Below, in pieces: positions 24,977-34,487 of a DNA stretch of 64,000 nt. Origin of the DNA: Bdellovibrionales bacterium (GTDB lineage: Bacteria; Bdellovibrionota; Bdellovibrionia; Bdellovibrionales; UBA1609); the NCBI GenBank assembly GCA_965242635.1, contig OZ251471.1:1227388-1291387 (forward strand), in the 5' to 3' direction. Each line of letters opens with the position of its first letter. Position 1 is the first letter of the stretch. A model generated the notes under the pieces. The model made no database searches and was not told the DNA's origin. It saw only the letters and a program-made list of their open reading frames with translations. The translations under genes were made by a program, and so were the position numbers.

Positions 24977-26792
24977 CCGGTCCCCGTCTCACCAGAATAA
25001 GCAGAAGGCAGACCCATAAAAACACCTGATTGATATAATAGCCATAAGAAACAAAAAATGCAGAAGGTTGATTGTCTTTTGAGTAAAGGGGTATCTCTTC
25101 CCACCCGCTTTGCACACCAAAGTCCTTAAAAACCAGTATATCCCCTTTGGCGGACACAATGGCAGAAGGCCCGGAGTTGGCCCCGCGAATCAAAGGCCGA
25201 CGCATCTCCACAGCCCGACTCAAAGTCATATAAGCCAGCTGATAAGGCTCCTGCCACCGGCCAAAGTAAGCGTCGTTGGCGACATTTACTATCAGATCCG
25301 CCCCTTCCCTCACCAAATCCCGCGTCACATGGTCAAAAAGGCCCTCATAACAGATATGAAAGCCCAGTCTCCATTGGCTTAGAGGGGCTGTTTTATATTT
25401 TCCAGTCCCTTTTTTAAAGATTTTGCTTTGCTCCCCAAAGAGCCATCTATCCATAAAGGGAAACCACCTGGCCCCCGGAGTGTATTCCCCTATGGGGGTC
25501 AAAAGCCCTTTGTCGTAAGGTGGCTGAACAAGCCCTCCCTCTTTATCAAAGACAAAAATGGAATTGGTGTATGTTTTTTCTGCTGGATCCGCTTTGTCTG
25601 TTTTAACAGGTTCAGGTGTTTTTATATGCCGGCCCCTGGCCGACACCACCAGGGCTGTGTCAAAAACCCGGACCCATTTTTGTATGAGGTCCTGTCCTCT
25701 TTCAGCGGCTTCAAGGTGGATGGGATAAGGGTAAGCCCCTTCCGGCCACAGAATAAAGTCCGGTTTAAGGGCCTGGCCCTCAGCCAAAGTGGATGTTTGA
25801 GCCTTTGAGGTTGAAGGGGGCGAGGAGACTTGAGGATAAAAGTGTTTTGAAGTTGCTTGCAGTAGTTTGGACATGACAAGCGGGCGGGATTCTTTGTCAT
25901 CCTGTTGATGATTTTCGATATTGGGTTGAATCATCAGAACATGAACTTTTTGATCCGTTTCCGGCAGGCGGTTTTTTAAATACCCCCCACAGCCATTCAA
26001 ACCCACCATTAACAAAAGCCAGCCAGCAAAGAGAACTATACTAATCCTGTTTGAAAATGCATGTTTCATATTTGCCTTGTGAGAGGGAAACAGCCCAAAA
26101 ACAGCACCCTTTTCAAAAGGCAGACCCCTCGGGGCAGGTTCTGCCTGCCCCGTGCCAGTTTGGTTTAAATAGTGGTGTCTAAAAAAGGGGCACTTCCTCA
26201 AAAACAAAGGTTTTTCACGAGCCATCCCCAAATAAAGCCACAGGAATATCAGATTGGAAAACAAAGTCAGAGTGTTTAAAAACCGAAAGCCCCATATTTC
26301 CGCTGTTTGTGCCATGGGCCATTTTGCGTAAAAGTACATATAGCCCAGGTGCCAGTCAAAAATCATGGGAACATATTCTGTGCTCAGGCCAAGCAGGACA
26401 GGCAATAAAAACAAAACAGACAAAGCACTGGCGAAGTCTTGTGTTCGGAGGGCTTTTCGGAAAAAAAACCACAATAAAAGAGAAAGAGGGATATGGAGAT
26501 TGGCCACAGAGCAAAAGACCAAAAAAAGAACAAGGGCCTGATAGAGGGGGAATTCCATTTCCATCAGTGTGCCCGGAAGATAACCAAATCCAATCAGAGT
26601 GAGCATGAACTGGCAAAGCCAGCTTCCTGTGATTAAAGGCCCCAACTTTTCTGTTTTAAGGGCAAACAGCCAAAGGGGCACATAACAAAAAAACAGGGCG
26701 TAAGGGGGAAAAGGGATATAGCTGGTCCCGATAAAAAAGCCGGAGAGCAAAGGCCAAAAAAAGGACTTTTGTGTTATACGGCGAAAAATCAT
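24951..26792 (-). CDS. lnt: Apolipoprotein N-acyltransferase
   Basis: A polytopic N-terminal region is followed by a CN-hydrolase domain with ILWPEGAYP and HICYEGLF motifs. It contains element copy B in frame. Confidence 0.85.
   Translation of the reverse strand: MIFRRITQKSFFWPLLSGFFIGTSYIPFPPYALFFCYVPLWLFALKTEKLGPLITGSWLCQFMLTLIGFGYLPGTLMEMEFPLYQALVLFLVFCSVANLHIPLSLLLWFFFRKALRTQDFASALSVLFLLPVLLGLSTEYVPMIFDWHLGYMYFYAKWPMAQTAEIWGFRFLNTLTLFSNLIFLWLYLGMAREKPLFLRKCPFFRHHYLNQTGTGQAEPAPRGLPFEKGAVFGLFPSHKANMKHAFSNRISIVLFAGWLLLMVGLNGCGGYLKNRLPETDQKVHVLMIQPNIENHQQDDKESRPLVMSKLLQATSKHFYPQVSSPPSTSKAQTSTLAEGQALKPDFILWPEGAYPYPIHLEAAERGQDLIQKWVRVFDTALVVSARGRHIKTPEPVKTDKADPAEKTYTNSIFVFDKEGGLVQPPYDKGLLTPIGEYTPGARWFPFMDRWLFGEQSKIFKKGTGKYKTAPLSQWRLGFHICYEGLFDHVTRDLVREGADLIVNVANDAYFGRWQEPYQLAYMTLSRAVEMRRPLIRGANSGPSAIVSAKGDILVFKDFGVQSGWEEIPLYSKDNQPSAFFVSYGYYINQVFLWVCLLLILVRRGPAIAQPLRQ
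26036..26169 (-). repeat. Interspersed modular element, copy B (full length, in frame inside lnt)
   Basis: The terminal and hairpin modules (about 26107-26169, ~60 bp) are nearly identical to copy A, and the remainder is diverged. It is translated as LNQTGTGQAEPAPRGLPFEKGAVFGLFPSHKANMKHAFSNRISI. Confidence 0.85.
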
Positions 26793-26818
26793 TGATCTTT
26801 TTCTTTAAAAACGGTTTT

Positions 26819-27604
26819 TTATTTCACAGGTTTGAAATGTTTTTGAATTTGTTTTCGGCTTTCCTCTGCCAGCTCATGGCTGGTTTTGTCGCTGGAATCA
26901 ACAGGTGGCAAAAACAAAATTTCGGCCTCCAGGGATTTCAGCTGAAGGAGCTTGAAAAGATGCTGAACAAAACCAAGGCGATCATCATACCAGCAGACAA
27001 AATCCCTGTTTTTAAGGCTTAAGGGTTCACCCTCTATTTTTTTGTAGTTGATACAAACAGGCAGGACTTGAGTCCCTGCCTGTTTGCTGGTGGCAAAAAA
27101 AAGAGGGTGGAAAGATTTTATCTCTGAGCCATCTGTGCTGGTGCCTTCCGGGAATAAAATCAGGTTCAGCCCGTTTTTTAAAATGGTTGTGGTGTCTCTC
27201 AGCTCTTTTCTTATATTTTTTAAGTTTCTTTTTTCCACAAAGTAAGCCCCACCGGCACTGATTATCAGGTTTAAAAAAGAATCACTTTCCTTAAGCTCCA
27301 TGTAGGAGATAAAACGGCCATGATTTATAAATTTATACAGCAGGATAATATCCAGATAACTGACATGGTTGGCTGTAATCAAATAGTTTTGATTTTTTTT
27401 GATCTGCTCCAGTCCTTTTGTTTTTACCTGACACCCCAAAGCCCGGACCATTATCGAGCTTAAAAGATGAGAAAAAGAGGAGAGTTTTTTTTGCCGGCGG
27501 ATTTTATCTCTTGTAATCAGGCGAATGAGGACACTAAAGCATGTCAGCATAAGTATCAGGAAGATAAAACATGATAGACGATAAATTAGACGAAACTTTT
27601 TCAT
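26819..27604 (-). CDS. 1-acyl-sn-glycerol-3-phosphate acyltransferase family protein
   Basis: It carries the HX4D motif (ITANHVSYLDIILL) and FPEGTST, with an N-terminal TM segment. Confidence 0.8.
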   Translation of the reverse strand: MKKFRLIYRLSCFIFLILMLTCFSVLIRLITRDKIRRQKKLSSFSHLLSSIMVRALGCQVKTKGLEQIKKNQNYLITANHVSYLDIILLYKFINHGRFISYMELKESDSFLNLIISAGGAYFVEKRNLKNIRKELRDTTTILKNGLNLILFPEGTSTDGSEIKSFHPLFFATSKQAGTQVLPVCINYKKIEGEPLSLKNRDFVCWYDDRLGFVQHLFKLLQLKSLEAEILFLPPVDSSDKTSHELAEESRKQIQKHFKPVK

Positions 27605-27629
27605 TTGTCTGATCCTCCTGACAAACTTG

Positions 27630-30600
27630 TTAATAAAGTTGAATTTTTTGCCGGCCCAATGTTTTTTGGATATTCTCCAAAAAGGAGGAGCTCAAAGTCA
27701 CCCCATGAAAAGTGCCTGATTTCAGGCACACGGTTTTGGCAGGGCTTTTTAATTTCACATTAAAATACAAAGGCACATTTCCGCTGTATTGGCTTAATAA
27801 CTCCTTAAGCTGAGCCATTTTGTCTTTTTCTGTCTCGTCCAGCTTTAAAATCAAACCACGGGAACGTCCGTTCAGCCGGCTCTCCACCCCTTCCACTTCC
27901 CGTGCCAAAAGCTTGCCATTTTTTTCCAAATCCCCTTTGATCACCAAAGGTTCACCCATCCGGCGAAGATTCTGCTCAAACTGGAGATACACATCCGCAA
28001 AAAAAACCACCTCCATGCCCCCGGTGCCATCCTCTATCCGTGTGAAAGCCATGGTGTGTCCTTTTCGTGTCCGAATCTCACGAAACTCACTGATGATGCC
28101 CCACACGCAGACCCCTGTTTTTTCCATATCACTTTTAAGGGAGGCTATGGGTGTACAGCCCCCCACCTTCATAAAAGACTGTAAGTGATCCATAGGGTGG
28201 CCACTCAGGTAAAAACCCATCACAGATTTTTCATAGTCCAAAAGTTGGGACCTCGACCACTCTACTTGTTTCTTATACATAAAGCCAGTGGATTTTTTTT
28301 GAGAACCAAAAAAGTTGATTTGCCCTGACTCCTTTTCCTCTTTCTTTTTTTCCACCTGCTCCACCAGAGCCTCGTAGTTGGTCAGTATTTCCTGCCGGTT
28401 CATTTCCATGCCGTCAAAGGCCCCGGCCTTGGTCAAGGCCTCCACACATTTTTTGTTTATTTTTTTTGTATCCACCGATTCAAAAAAGTGCTGAACAGAA
28501 GTAAATTTTCCAGAGGGCAGGGCTCGGCGGGTACGAACAATATGATCCGCCACCAAACGGCCCACCCCCTTAATGGCCCCCAGAGAAAAATAAATACGGC
28601 CCTTGACGGGGGCAAAAAAATACTCAGAGTGATTGATATGGGGGGGCATTATTTTGATACCATGTTTTTTGGTGTCCCTCATATAGGTCACCACTTTGTC
28701 TGTGTTGTTTCTTTCCACAGAAAGCAAAGAGGCAAAAAACTCCACCGGGTAATATCTCTTGAGCCAGGCTGTCTGGACCGCCAGCACACAATAAGCGGCG
28801 GCATGGGATTTGTTAAACCCATATTTTGCAAACTCAGCCACCAAATCAAACAGCTTTTCCGATTTTTTGGGATCGTATCCATTTTGAACCGCCCCTTCCA
28901 AAAAGCGGTTTTTTTGTTTTTTCATCACAGCTGTTTTTTTCTCCCCCATAGCCCGTCTTAAAACATCCGCCTCCCCATAGCTGTAGCCGGCTATTTTGGC
29001 CGCAATCAGCAAAACCTGCTCCTGATACACAATAATCCCGTAAGTTTCCCTTAAAACAGGCTCCATTTCATCAAACAAATACTCCACCCGGACCTTGCCT
29101 TTTTTTCTGTTCAGATAAGAGGGTATCATCTCCATGGGACCGGGCCTGAAAAGGGCATTGAGGGCCACGATGTCCTCAAAGCAGGAAGGTTCTGCTTTGA
29201 TAATCACATCCGTAATACCCTCCCCCTCAAACTGAAACACCCCTTTGGTGTCCCCTTTACGCATAATTTCATAAATGCCTTTGTCATTGAGGGAAATATC
29301 CCGGACAGAAAGTTTTTTGCCTTCGCTTCGTTCAATCATACGAAAGGCCGACTCTATTTGAGTGAGTGTTTTGAGACCCAGAAAATCAAATTTGACCAGG
29401 CCTATTTTTTTGGCATGATTTAAATCGCATTGGATCACATTCTCACCCTCTTTTCCGCGATAAAGGGGTGCGAAGTGAATAATGGGATGATCCGCTATAA
29501 TCACCCCGGCCGCGTGAATGCTCACATGGCGAATCAAACCTTCAATCCGGCGGGCCAGCTGAATCAGATTATCCACTTCAGGATCTGATTCCATCAGATC
29601 CTTTAAAGTTAAGTTCTCCTCCATGGCCTCTTTTAAAGTCACCTCCAGTCGATCCGGTATCAACCGGACCACCTGATCCACATCGGGGTAGCTCATGCCC
29701 AAAACACGGCCCACATCCCGCACTGCCGCACGAGCCTGAAGCCGTCCATAAGTCATCACCTGTGCCACATAATCCTTGCCGTATTTGGCACTCACATATT
29801 CAATGACACGATTTCTGTGTTCCTGACAAAAATCAATGTCAAAATCAGGGAGGGAGATTCTCTCCGGATTTAAAAACCTCTCAAACAACAGATTATACGG
29901 CATGGGATTCAGATCAGTGATCTTTAAGCACCAGGCCACAAGGGAGCTGGCCCCCGATCCCCGCCCCGGCCCAACAGGGATGTTTTCCTTTCTGGCCCAA
30001 TGAACAAAATCATGCACAATCAAAAAATAATCCGCAAAACCCATGTCATTTATGATTTTCAGCTCTTTATTCAGTCGCTCTTCGTATTTTTGCCTTAACT
30101 CCCCGATTTTATCCTGTTCAGAAAAGCCCTCTGCTTTGTCCTGCCAACGGTCTTCAAGCCCTTTAAAACTGAGGGCTTTTAATTGCTCCCTCGCACTTTT
30201 TCCCTCCTCTTTTATACTGATCTTGTTTGACTCCTGCCCCGAGGACTCTGCCTGTGCCCCAAAGCCAGTTTGGTTTAACTTGGGCAGATGATACAGAGGC
30301 CGGCCCCCTTTTTTCAGCTGAAAGTGCAGTTGACAGCGGGACACTATCTCCCCCACATTACTTAAAGCCTCCGGCTGGTCCTTAAAAAGCTCTCTCATTT
30401 CCTGAGAGCTTTTAAAATAAAACTGGTTTGATTTTAACTTAAACCGCTCCGGGTCCCGTATTGTTCTGTTGGCACCAATACAAAACAAAATATCCTGAAC
30501 AGTGGAATCCGCTTTATTCAGATAGTGCACATCGTTACCCACTGTGAGAGCTGTGCCTGTTGTTTGGCCAGTGGAGATCAAAAATTGATTAAACCTCTCC

Positions 30601-31199
30601 TCTCCCGGAAGACCCATCCGATTAAGTTGAAGGTAAAGCCGGTCCCCGTAAATGTTTTTTAGTTTTTTGATCAGATCCAAAGCCTGTTCCGGCCCTTTTT
30701 TAAAAAAAGTCCTGTTCAGCACACCATTAAGCCCTCCCGTTAAAGCGATAACAGATTTGCTGTATTTTTCAAGGGTGTTCCACTCCACTCTGGGCACATA
30801 ATAAAAACCTTTCTGACAGGCTATCGTATTGATATGGCAGAGGTTTCGGTAGCCTTTTATGTCCTGGGCCAAAAGGACTATGGAGGATGTTTCTGCATGA
30901 AAGGCATGGGCTGAAGAGTAATGCCTGTTCCCTGAGGAGGAGAGTAAATAAATCTCCAAGCCCAAAACAGGGTTAATGCCTTTTTCACGAGCTTTAAAAT
31001 AAAGATCAAAGACACCAAACATATTGCCGTAATCTGTAATGGCCACGGCAGGCTGTTTGTCCTCAAGGCATTTTTTCACCAAGCCGGACACAGTGCAGGA
31101 GGATTTTAAAAGGGAGTAATGGGTGTGCACATGCAGGTGCGAAAAAGGGGGCGATGCTTGAGACAAAGAGTTTTTTTTGGTGTTGGGATTTTTTGTCAT
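27630..31199 (-). CDS. dnaE: DNA polymerase III alpha subunit
   Basis: PHP N-terminus (FSHLHVHTHYSLL), polymerase core (GPGRGSGASSLVAWCLKITDLNP; LPDFDIDF), HhH and OB regions, 1189 aa. It contains element copy C in frame. Confidence 0.97.
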   Translation of the reverse strand: MTKNPNTKKNSLSQASPPFSHLHVHTHYSLLKSSCTVSGLVKKCLEDKQPAVAITDYGNMFGVFDLYFKAREKGINPVLGLEIYLLSSSGNRHYSSAHAFHAETSSIVLLAQDIKGYRNLCHINTIACQKGFYYVPRVEWNTLEKYSKSVIALTGGLNGVLNRTFFKKGPEQALDLIKKLKNIYGDRLYLQLNRMGLPGEERFNQFLISTGQTTGTALTVGNDVHYLNKADSTVQDILFCIGANRTIRDPERFKLKSNQFYFKSSQEMRELFKDQPEALSNVGEIVSRCQLHFQLKKGGRPLYHLPKLNQTGFGAQAESSGQESNKISIKEEGKSAREQLKALSFKGLEDRWQDKAEGFSEQDKIGELRQKYEERLNKELKIINDMGFADYFLIVHDFVHWARKENIPVGPGRGSGASSLVAWCLKITDLNPMPYNLLFERFLNPERISLPDFDIDFCQEHRNRVIEYVSAKYGKDYVAQVMTYGRLQARAAVRDVGRVLGMSYPDVDQVVRLIPDRLEVTLKEAMEENLTLKDLMESDPEVDNLIQLARRIEGLIRHVSIHAAGVIIADHPIIHFAPLYRGKEGENVIQCDLNHAKKIGLVKFDFLGLKTLTQIESAFRMIERSEGKKLSVRDISLNDKGIYEIMRKGDTKGVFQFEGEGITDVIIKAEPSCFEDIVALNALFRPGPMEMIPSYLNRKKGKVRVEYLFDEMEPVLRETYGIIVYQEQVLLIAAKIAGYSYGEADVLRRAMGEKKTAVMKKQKNRFLEGAVQNGYDPKKSEKLFDLVAEFAKYGFNKSHAAAYCVLAVQTAWLKRYYPVEFFASLLSVERNNTDKVVTYMRDTKKHGIKIMPPHINHSEYFFAPVKGRIYFSLGAIKGVGRLVADHIVRTRRALPSGKFTSVQHFFESVDTKKINKKCVEALTKAGAFDGMEMNRQEILTNYEALVEQVEKKKEEKESGQINFFGSQKKSTGFMYKKQVEWSRSQLLDYEKSVMGFYLSGHPMDHLQSFMKVGGCTPIASLKSDMEKTGVCVWGIISEFREIRTRKGHTMAFTRIEDGTGGMEVVFFADVYLQFEQNLRRMGEPLVIKGDLEKNGKLLAREVEGVESRLNGRSRGLILKLDETEKDKMAQLKELLSQYSGNVPLYFNVKLKSPAKTVCLKSGTFHGVTLSSSFLENIQKTLGRQKIQLY
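30211..30279 (-). repeat. Interspersed modular element, copy C (short form: both termini plus the hairpin module, in frame inside dnaE)
   Basis: The gene-sense strand reads GTTAAACCAAACTGGCTTTGGGGCACAGGCAGAGTCCTCGGGGCAGGAGTCAAACAAGATCAGTATAAA, translated as LNQTGFGAQAESSGQESNKISI. Confidence 0.8.
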
Positions 31200-34100
31200 G
31201 GTTTTTTCCTTTTTTTAAGGGCCTGACGGACCTTGGTGGAAATATCCTGAATCACAGCGTATCCGCAAGGTGCGTAGACCAATGTCAACAAAGTGCCACT
31301 AATCAGCCCCCATGTTAAGGACAAAGTGATGGGGATCAGCACCGAATCATGACCACCAAGGCCATAAGCGGTGGGAAAGAGGCCCAAAACCGTTGTGATG
31401 GTGGTGATAAGGATGGGGCGAAGCCGTGCCGTGGCAGAACGGGCCAGTATTTTATTGAGATCCTGGTCTTTTGATTCCCGTCTTGTCTTTTCAATAAAGC
31501 TGATTAGAATAATGGCCGAATTGATAACCACCCCCGAAAGGCCCACAGCACCAATAAGAGCAAAAAAGGAGAGGGGCCGGGTATGTGCCAAAAAAGACCA
31601 GCCAATCCCCACAAAACCCAGAAAAACATGGCTCAAAATAAGCAAAGACACGGAAAAGGAGTTAAACATCAACAGGAGCACTGCAAAGATACCAAACACC
31701 ACCACCATCATGGCCTTGAGGAGCGACTGAAAAGACTCCTCCGTGCTCTCCTGTTCCCCCACCTGTTTATAGAGAACGGAAGGGTATTTTTTCATTACAC
31801 TTTGCAGTTTTTTTTGTATCTGTGTGTTGGCGGTCAGGCTGGTGGTTCGGTTAAGATCCACATCCGCGTAAAAAGTGACAGAGGGCATAAAAGCATAATG
31901 TTTTTTTATTTCCGGTCCCTGGTTTTTTCTTTTCCATGTGACCACTTTGTCCAAAGGCACCAATTGGCCCTCTGATCCCATGACCAAGATATATCTCAGG
32001 AGATCAATTTGGGATCGCCCTTTGTTGTCGTATTTCACCCGGATATAAAAACTCTCCCCTGTATCTGTTATTTCTGCCACGATCCGGCCATGCAGGGCGG
32101 TTTTCAGAGCCTCCCCCACGGCGGTTCTGCTCACACGCAGGCGGGCGAGGCTTTTGGTGTCCGGGTAAACGGCGTATTCAGGGCCGGAATATTCCCGGCT
32201 GTCCTCCATGTTCAAAAGCCCTTCAACAGAAGAGAGAATCTGCGACACCTCCTCTGCCCCAGCCTTTAGCTCTTTCCTGTTTTGCGAAAACAAAATCAGC
32301 TCCACGGGCCTTCCCACCGGTGGCCCAAGGGCAAAGGCCTCAAACCTCAGTTTTTTAAAAGAGGAGGCATTCACAGTTCTCAGTTTTTTAAGAATGTCCC
32401 TGTGGTTCCATACACGTGCCATGTTTTGCCTCACTTCCACTGTTAAAGAACCCTTTCCTCTCAGGCTGTCAATAAAACCAAAGCTCTGCTGGATATGTTC
32501 CTCTCCCATGACCCATCGCATTTCTTTTTGCAGGTGGGAAAATCGTTTTTCCATCTTCTTAAGGGAGAGATGTTTTTCCATTTCAAAAAAAGCCATATAT
32601 CTTTCCACATTTTCCTTTGGAAAAAGAATAAACTGATTTTTAAAAACACCCACGCTGAGGCTGAGAGCCACAACACACGCAATCACAAAAAGGGAGAGGT
32701 ATTTTCTCTCCAAGACCTTGAGCATAAACATTTCAAAGTGGATCCTCATTTTTATGCCTATGGCGGACCATTTTTGTTGCCCGGATGTTTGAGACTTACG
32801 GCTCTTTTTCATGGTCCAACTCAACCGACAGGGCAAAAGGAAAAAAGCCTCCAGCAGGCTCATCAGGAGAGCTATGCTTACCACAATGGGAATCCAGCGC
32901 ACAAATTGCCCCATAACCCCTTTGGTGATCAGCATGGGCAGAAAGGCCAGGATGGTGGTGGCGGTGGTGGCACAAAGCGGACGACAAAGATCCAGGACAG
33001 ATTGAAGAGCACTGGCACCAGAGGGAAGGCCCTCCCCTCTGAGCCGGGCATAATGTTCACTTATGACAATGGAGTTATCCACCAGCATACCTATACAGAT
33101 CACAAAAGCACACATGGTGATAACATTAAAGGTGACACCGAGGGAGGAGATGAGGGCGACTGTGCTTAAAATAGAAAAAGGGAGGCTTAGTGCCGACATG
33201 GCCCCCAGCCACCCTGGCAGGCAAAGCCATAAAATCAGCAAAACCAGCAGGAGGCCAAACAGAGCATTATAGCTGACAATACTCAGCCTTTCCCTGGTTT
33301 TTTCTGACTCATCAAAAAGAGTGAGGATTTTTAAATCGGGGCCGATACTTTTTTGATGTTCTTTCAAGAAATTTTTAATCTGCTGAATGGTTTTAATGGT
33401 GTCTGTGTTTTCTTTCCTTGTTATCTCCATTAAAACTGCCGGCTGGTCATGAACAAAAAAAGAGGCATATTGCTCTTCCTCCCCATCGTGGACAGTAGCT
33501 ATATCTTTTATATGAATCCGTTTTTCTGAAAAATTGGATCGGATGATGATGCTTTCCAGCTCAGGGGTTTTTTTGATTTTGCCAAAAAGCCGGACAGCAT
33601 GTTGTGTTTGATCATCCTTGATAAGACCGGCGGAGATATTGTTAGAAAAAGCCCGAACAGCCTTAAGCACCTCTGGGAGGCTTATGGCATGGTGCCGGGC
33701 TTTTTGGGCATTAAGCCAAATCTGATACTCTCTTTTTTGAAAGCCTGTCATTTTGACATGGGCCACATTGGGAATATTTTGCAAAAGGAGCTGGAGGGCA
33801 TGGGCCTTGCGGTTTCTTTTGGGGTCGGGTCCCACGAGGGCCATGTGCATTATGGGTATCTCTTTGGCTTTTTCATGATGGATCATGGGGCTTTCCAGCA
33901 GATTGGCCGGCAGATCGGGGACACTTTGAACGGCCCTGTGAACCTCTGTGACAGTGTGTTCTGTGTCTGTGTTGTCCAGATCCAAATACAGCTTAATCTG
34001 ACTCAGGCCGGGGGAGGAGATGGAGTGGCTGTGCCGGACACCTCCAATGTTTTTCAGTTTTCGCTCCAGCTTGTCGGTGATTTGTTCCTCTATCTCTTCG

Positions 34101-34270
34101 GAGGAGGCACCGGGGTGCTGGGTGGTGATCATCACACGGGCAAAGTCCACGGGCGGACGGGCCTCTCTTCTGAGACCCATAAGGCCGGTTATCCCTGCCA
34201 TAAGCCCGGCGGTCAGAATAACCCAAGTCAGTTTATAGTGCTGAATAAAGTAGTCCAATAAGCTTTTCAT
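31196..34270 (-). CDS. RND-family efflux transporter permease (AcrB/AcrD/AcrF-like)
   Basis: About 1020 aa with 12-TM/2-loop organisation and typical N-terminal and TM4 regions. Its stop overlaps the dnaE start (ATGA). Confidence 0.88.
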   Translation of the reverse strand: MKSLLDYFIQHYKLTWVILTAGLMAGITGLMGLRREARPPVDFARVMITTQHPGASSEEIEEQITDKLERKLKNIGGVRHSHSISSPGLSQIKLYLDLDNTDTEHTVTEVHRAVQSVPDLPANLLESPMIHHEKAKEIPIMHMALVGPDPKRNRKAHALQLLLQNIPNVAHVKMTGFQKREYQIWLNAQKARHHAISLPEVLKAVRAFSNNISAGLIKDDQTQHAVRLFGKIKKTPELESIIIRSNFSEKRIHIKDIATVHDGEEEQYASFFVHDQPAVLMEITRKENTDTIKTIQQIKNFLKEHQKSIGPDLKILTLFDESEKTRERLSIVSYNALFGLLLVLLILWLCLPGWLGAMSALSLPFSILSTVALISSLGVTFNVITMCAFVICIGMLVDNSIVISEHYARLRGEGLPSGASALQSVLDLCRPLCATTATTILAFLPMLITKGVMGQFVRWIPIVVSIALLMSLLEAFFLLPCRLSWTMKKSRKSQTSGQQKWSAIGIKMRIHFEMFMLKVLERKYLSLFVIACVVALSLSVGVFKNQFILFPKENVERYMAFFEMEKHLSLKKMEKRFSHLQKEMRWVMGEEHIQQSFGFIDSLRGKGSLTVEVRQNMARVWNHRDILKKLRTVNASSFKKLRFEAFALGPPVGRPVELILFSQNRKELKAGAEEVSQILSSVEGLLNMEDSREYSGPEYAVYPDTKSLARLRVSRTAVGEALKTALHGRIVAEITDTGESFYIRVKYDNKGRSQIDLLRYILVMGSEGQLVPLDKVVTWKRKNQGPEIKKHYAFMPSVTFYADVDLNRTTSLTANTQIQKKLQSVMKKYPSVLYKQVGEQESTEESFQSLLKAMMVVVFGIFAVLLLMFNSFSVSLLILSHVFLGFVGIGWSFLAHTRPLSFFALIGAVGLSGVVINSAIILISFIEKTRRESKDQDLNKILARSATARLRPILITTITTVLGLFPTAYGLGGHDSVLIPITLSLTWGLISGTLLTLVYAPCGYAVIQDISTKVRQALKKRKKP

Positions 34271-34356
34271 TTTTTATGGCCGGTATGAGTTCCGATCAAA
34301 GTGGCTTGGTTCATGGTTACGATCAGGGAAGAAAGCTCGTGATCGAAAATGCCCTC

Positions 34357-34443
34357 TGGTGCCCCGGGGGAGACTTGAACTCCCACGACCTTTCGGCCAT
34401 ACGATTTTGAGTCGCACGCGTCTGCCAATTCCGCCACCGGGGC
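34357..34443 (-). tRNA. tRNA-Leu (CAA), type II with a long variable arm
   Basis: The reverse strand reads GCCCCGGTGGCGGAATTGGCAGACGCGTGCGACTCAAAATCGTATGGCCGAAAGGTCGTGGGAGTTCAAGTCTCCCCCGGGGCACCA. The anticodon loop is CTCAAAA. Confidence 0.9.
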
Positions 34444-34487
34444 TTTATTTCCTTAACCTTTTTATACTTTTGAGCGAGAAAAAGCAA

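Noticed and set aside
26180-26230. A ~25-bp similarity between lnt (GCTCGTGAAAAACCTTTGTTTTTGAGG, gene sense) and 49466-49492 (GCCCGCGAAAAACCCTTATTTTTGAG), both giving the peptide MAREKPLFL
   Set aside because: It is short, imperfect and seen only twice. It could be a further small repeat family but is within what chance plus A/T-rich composition might give, so I did not call it.
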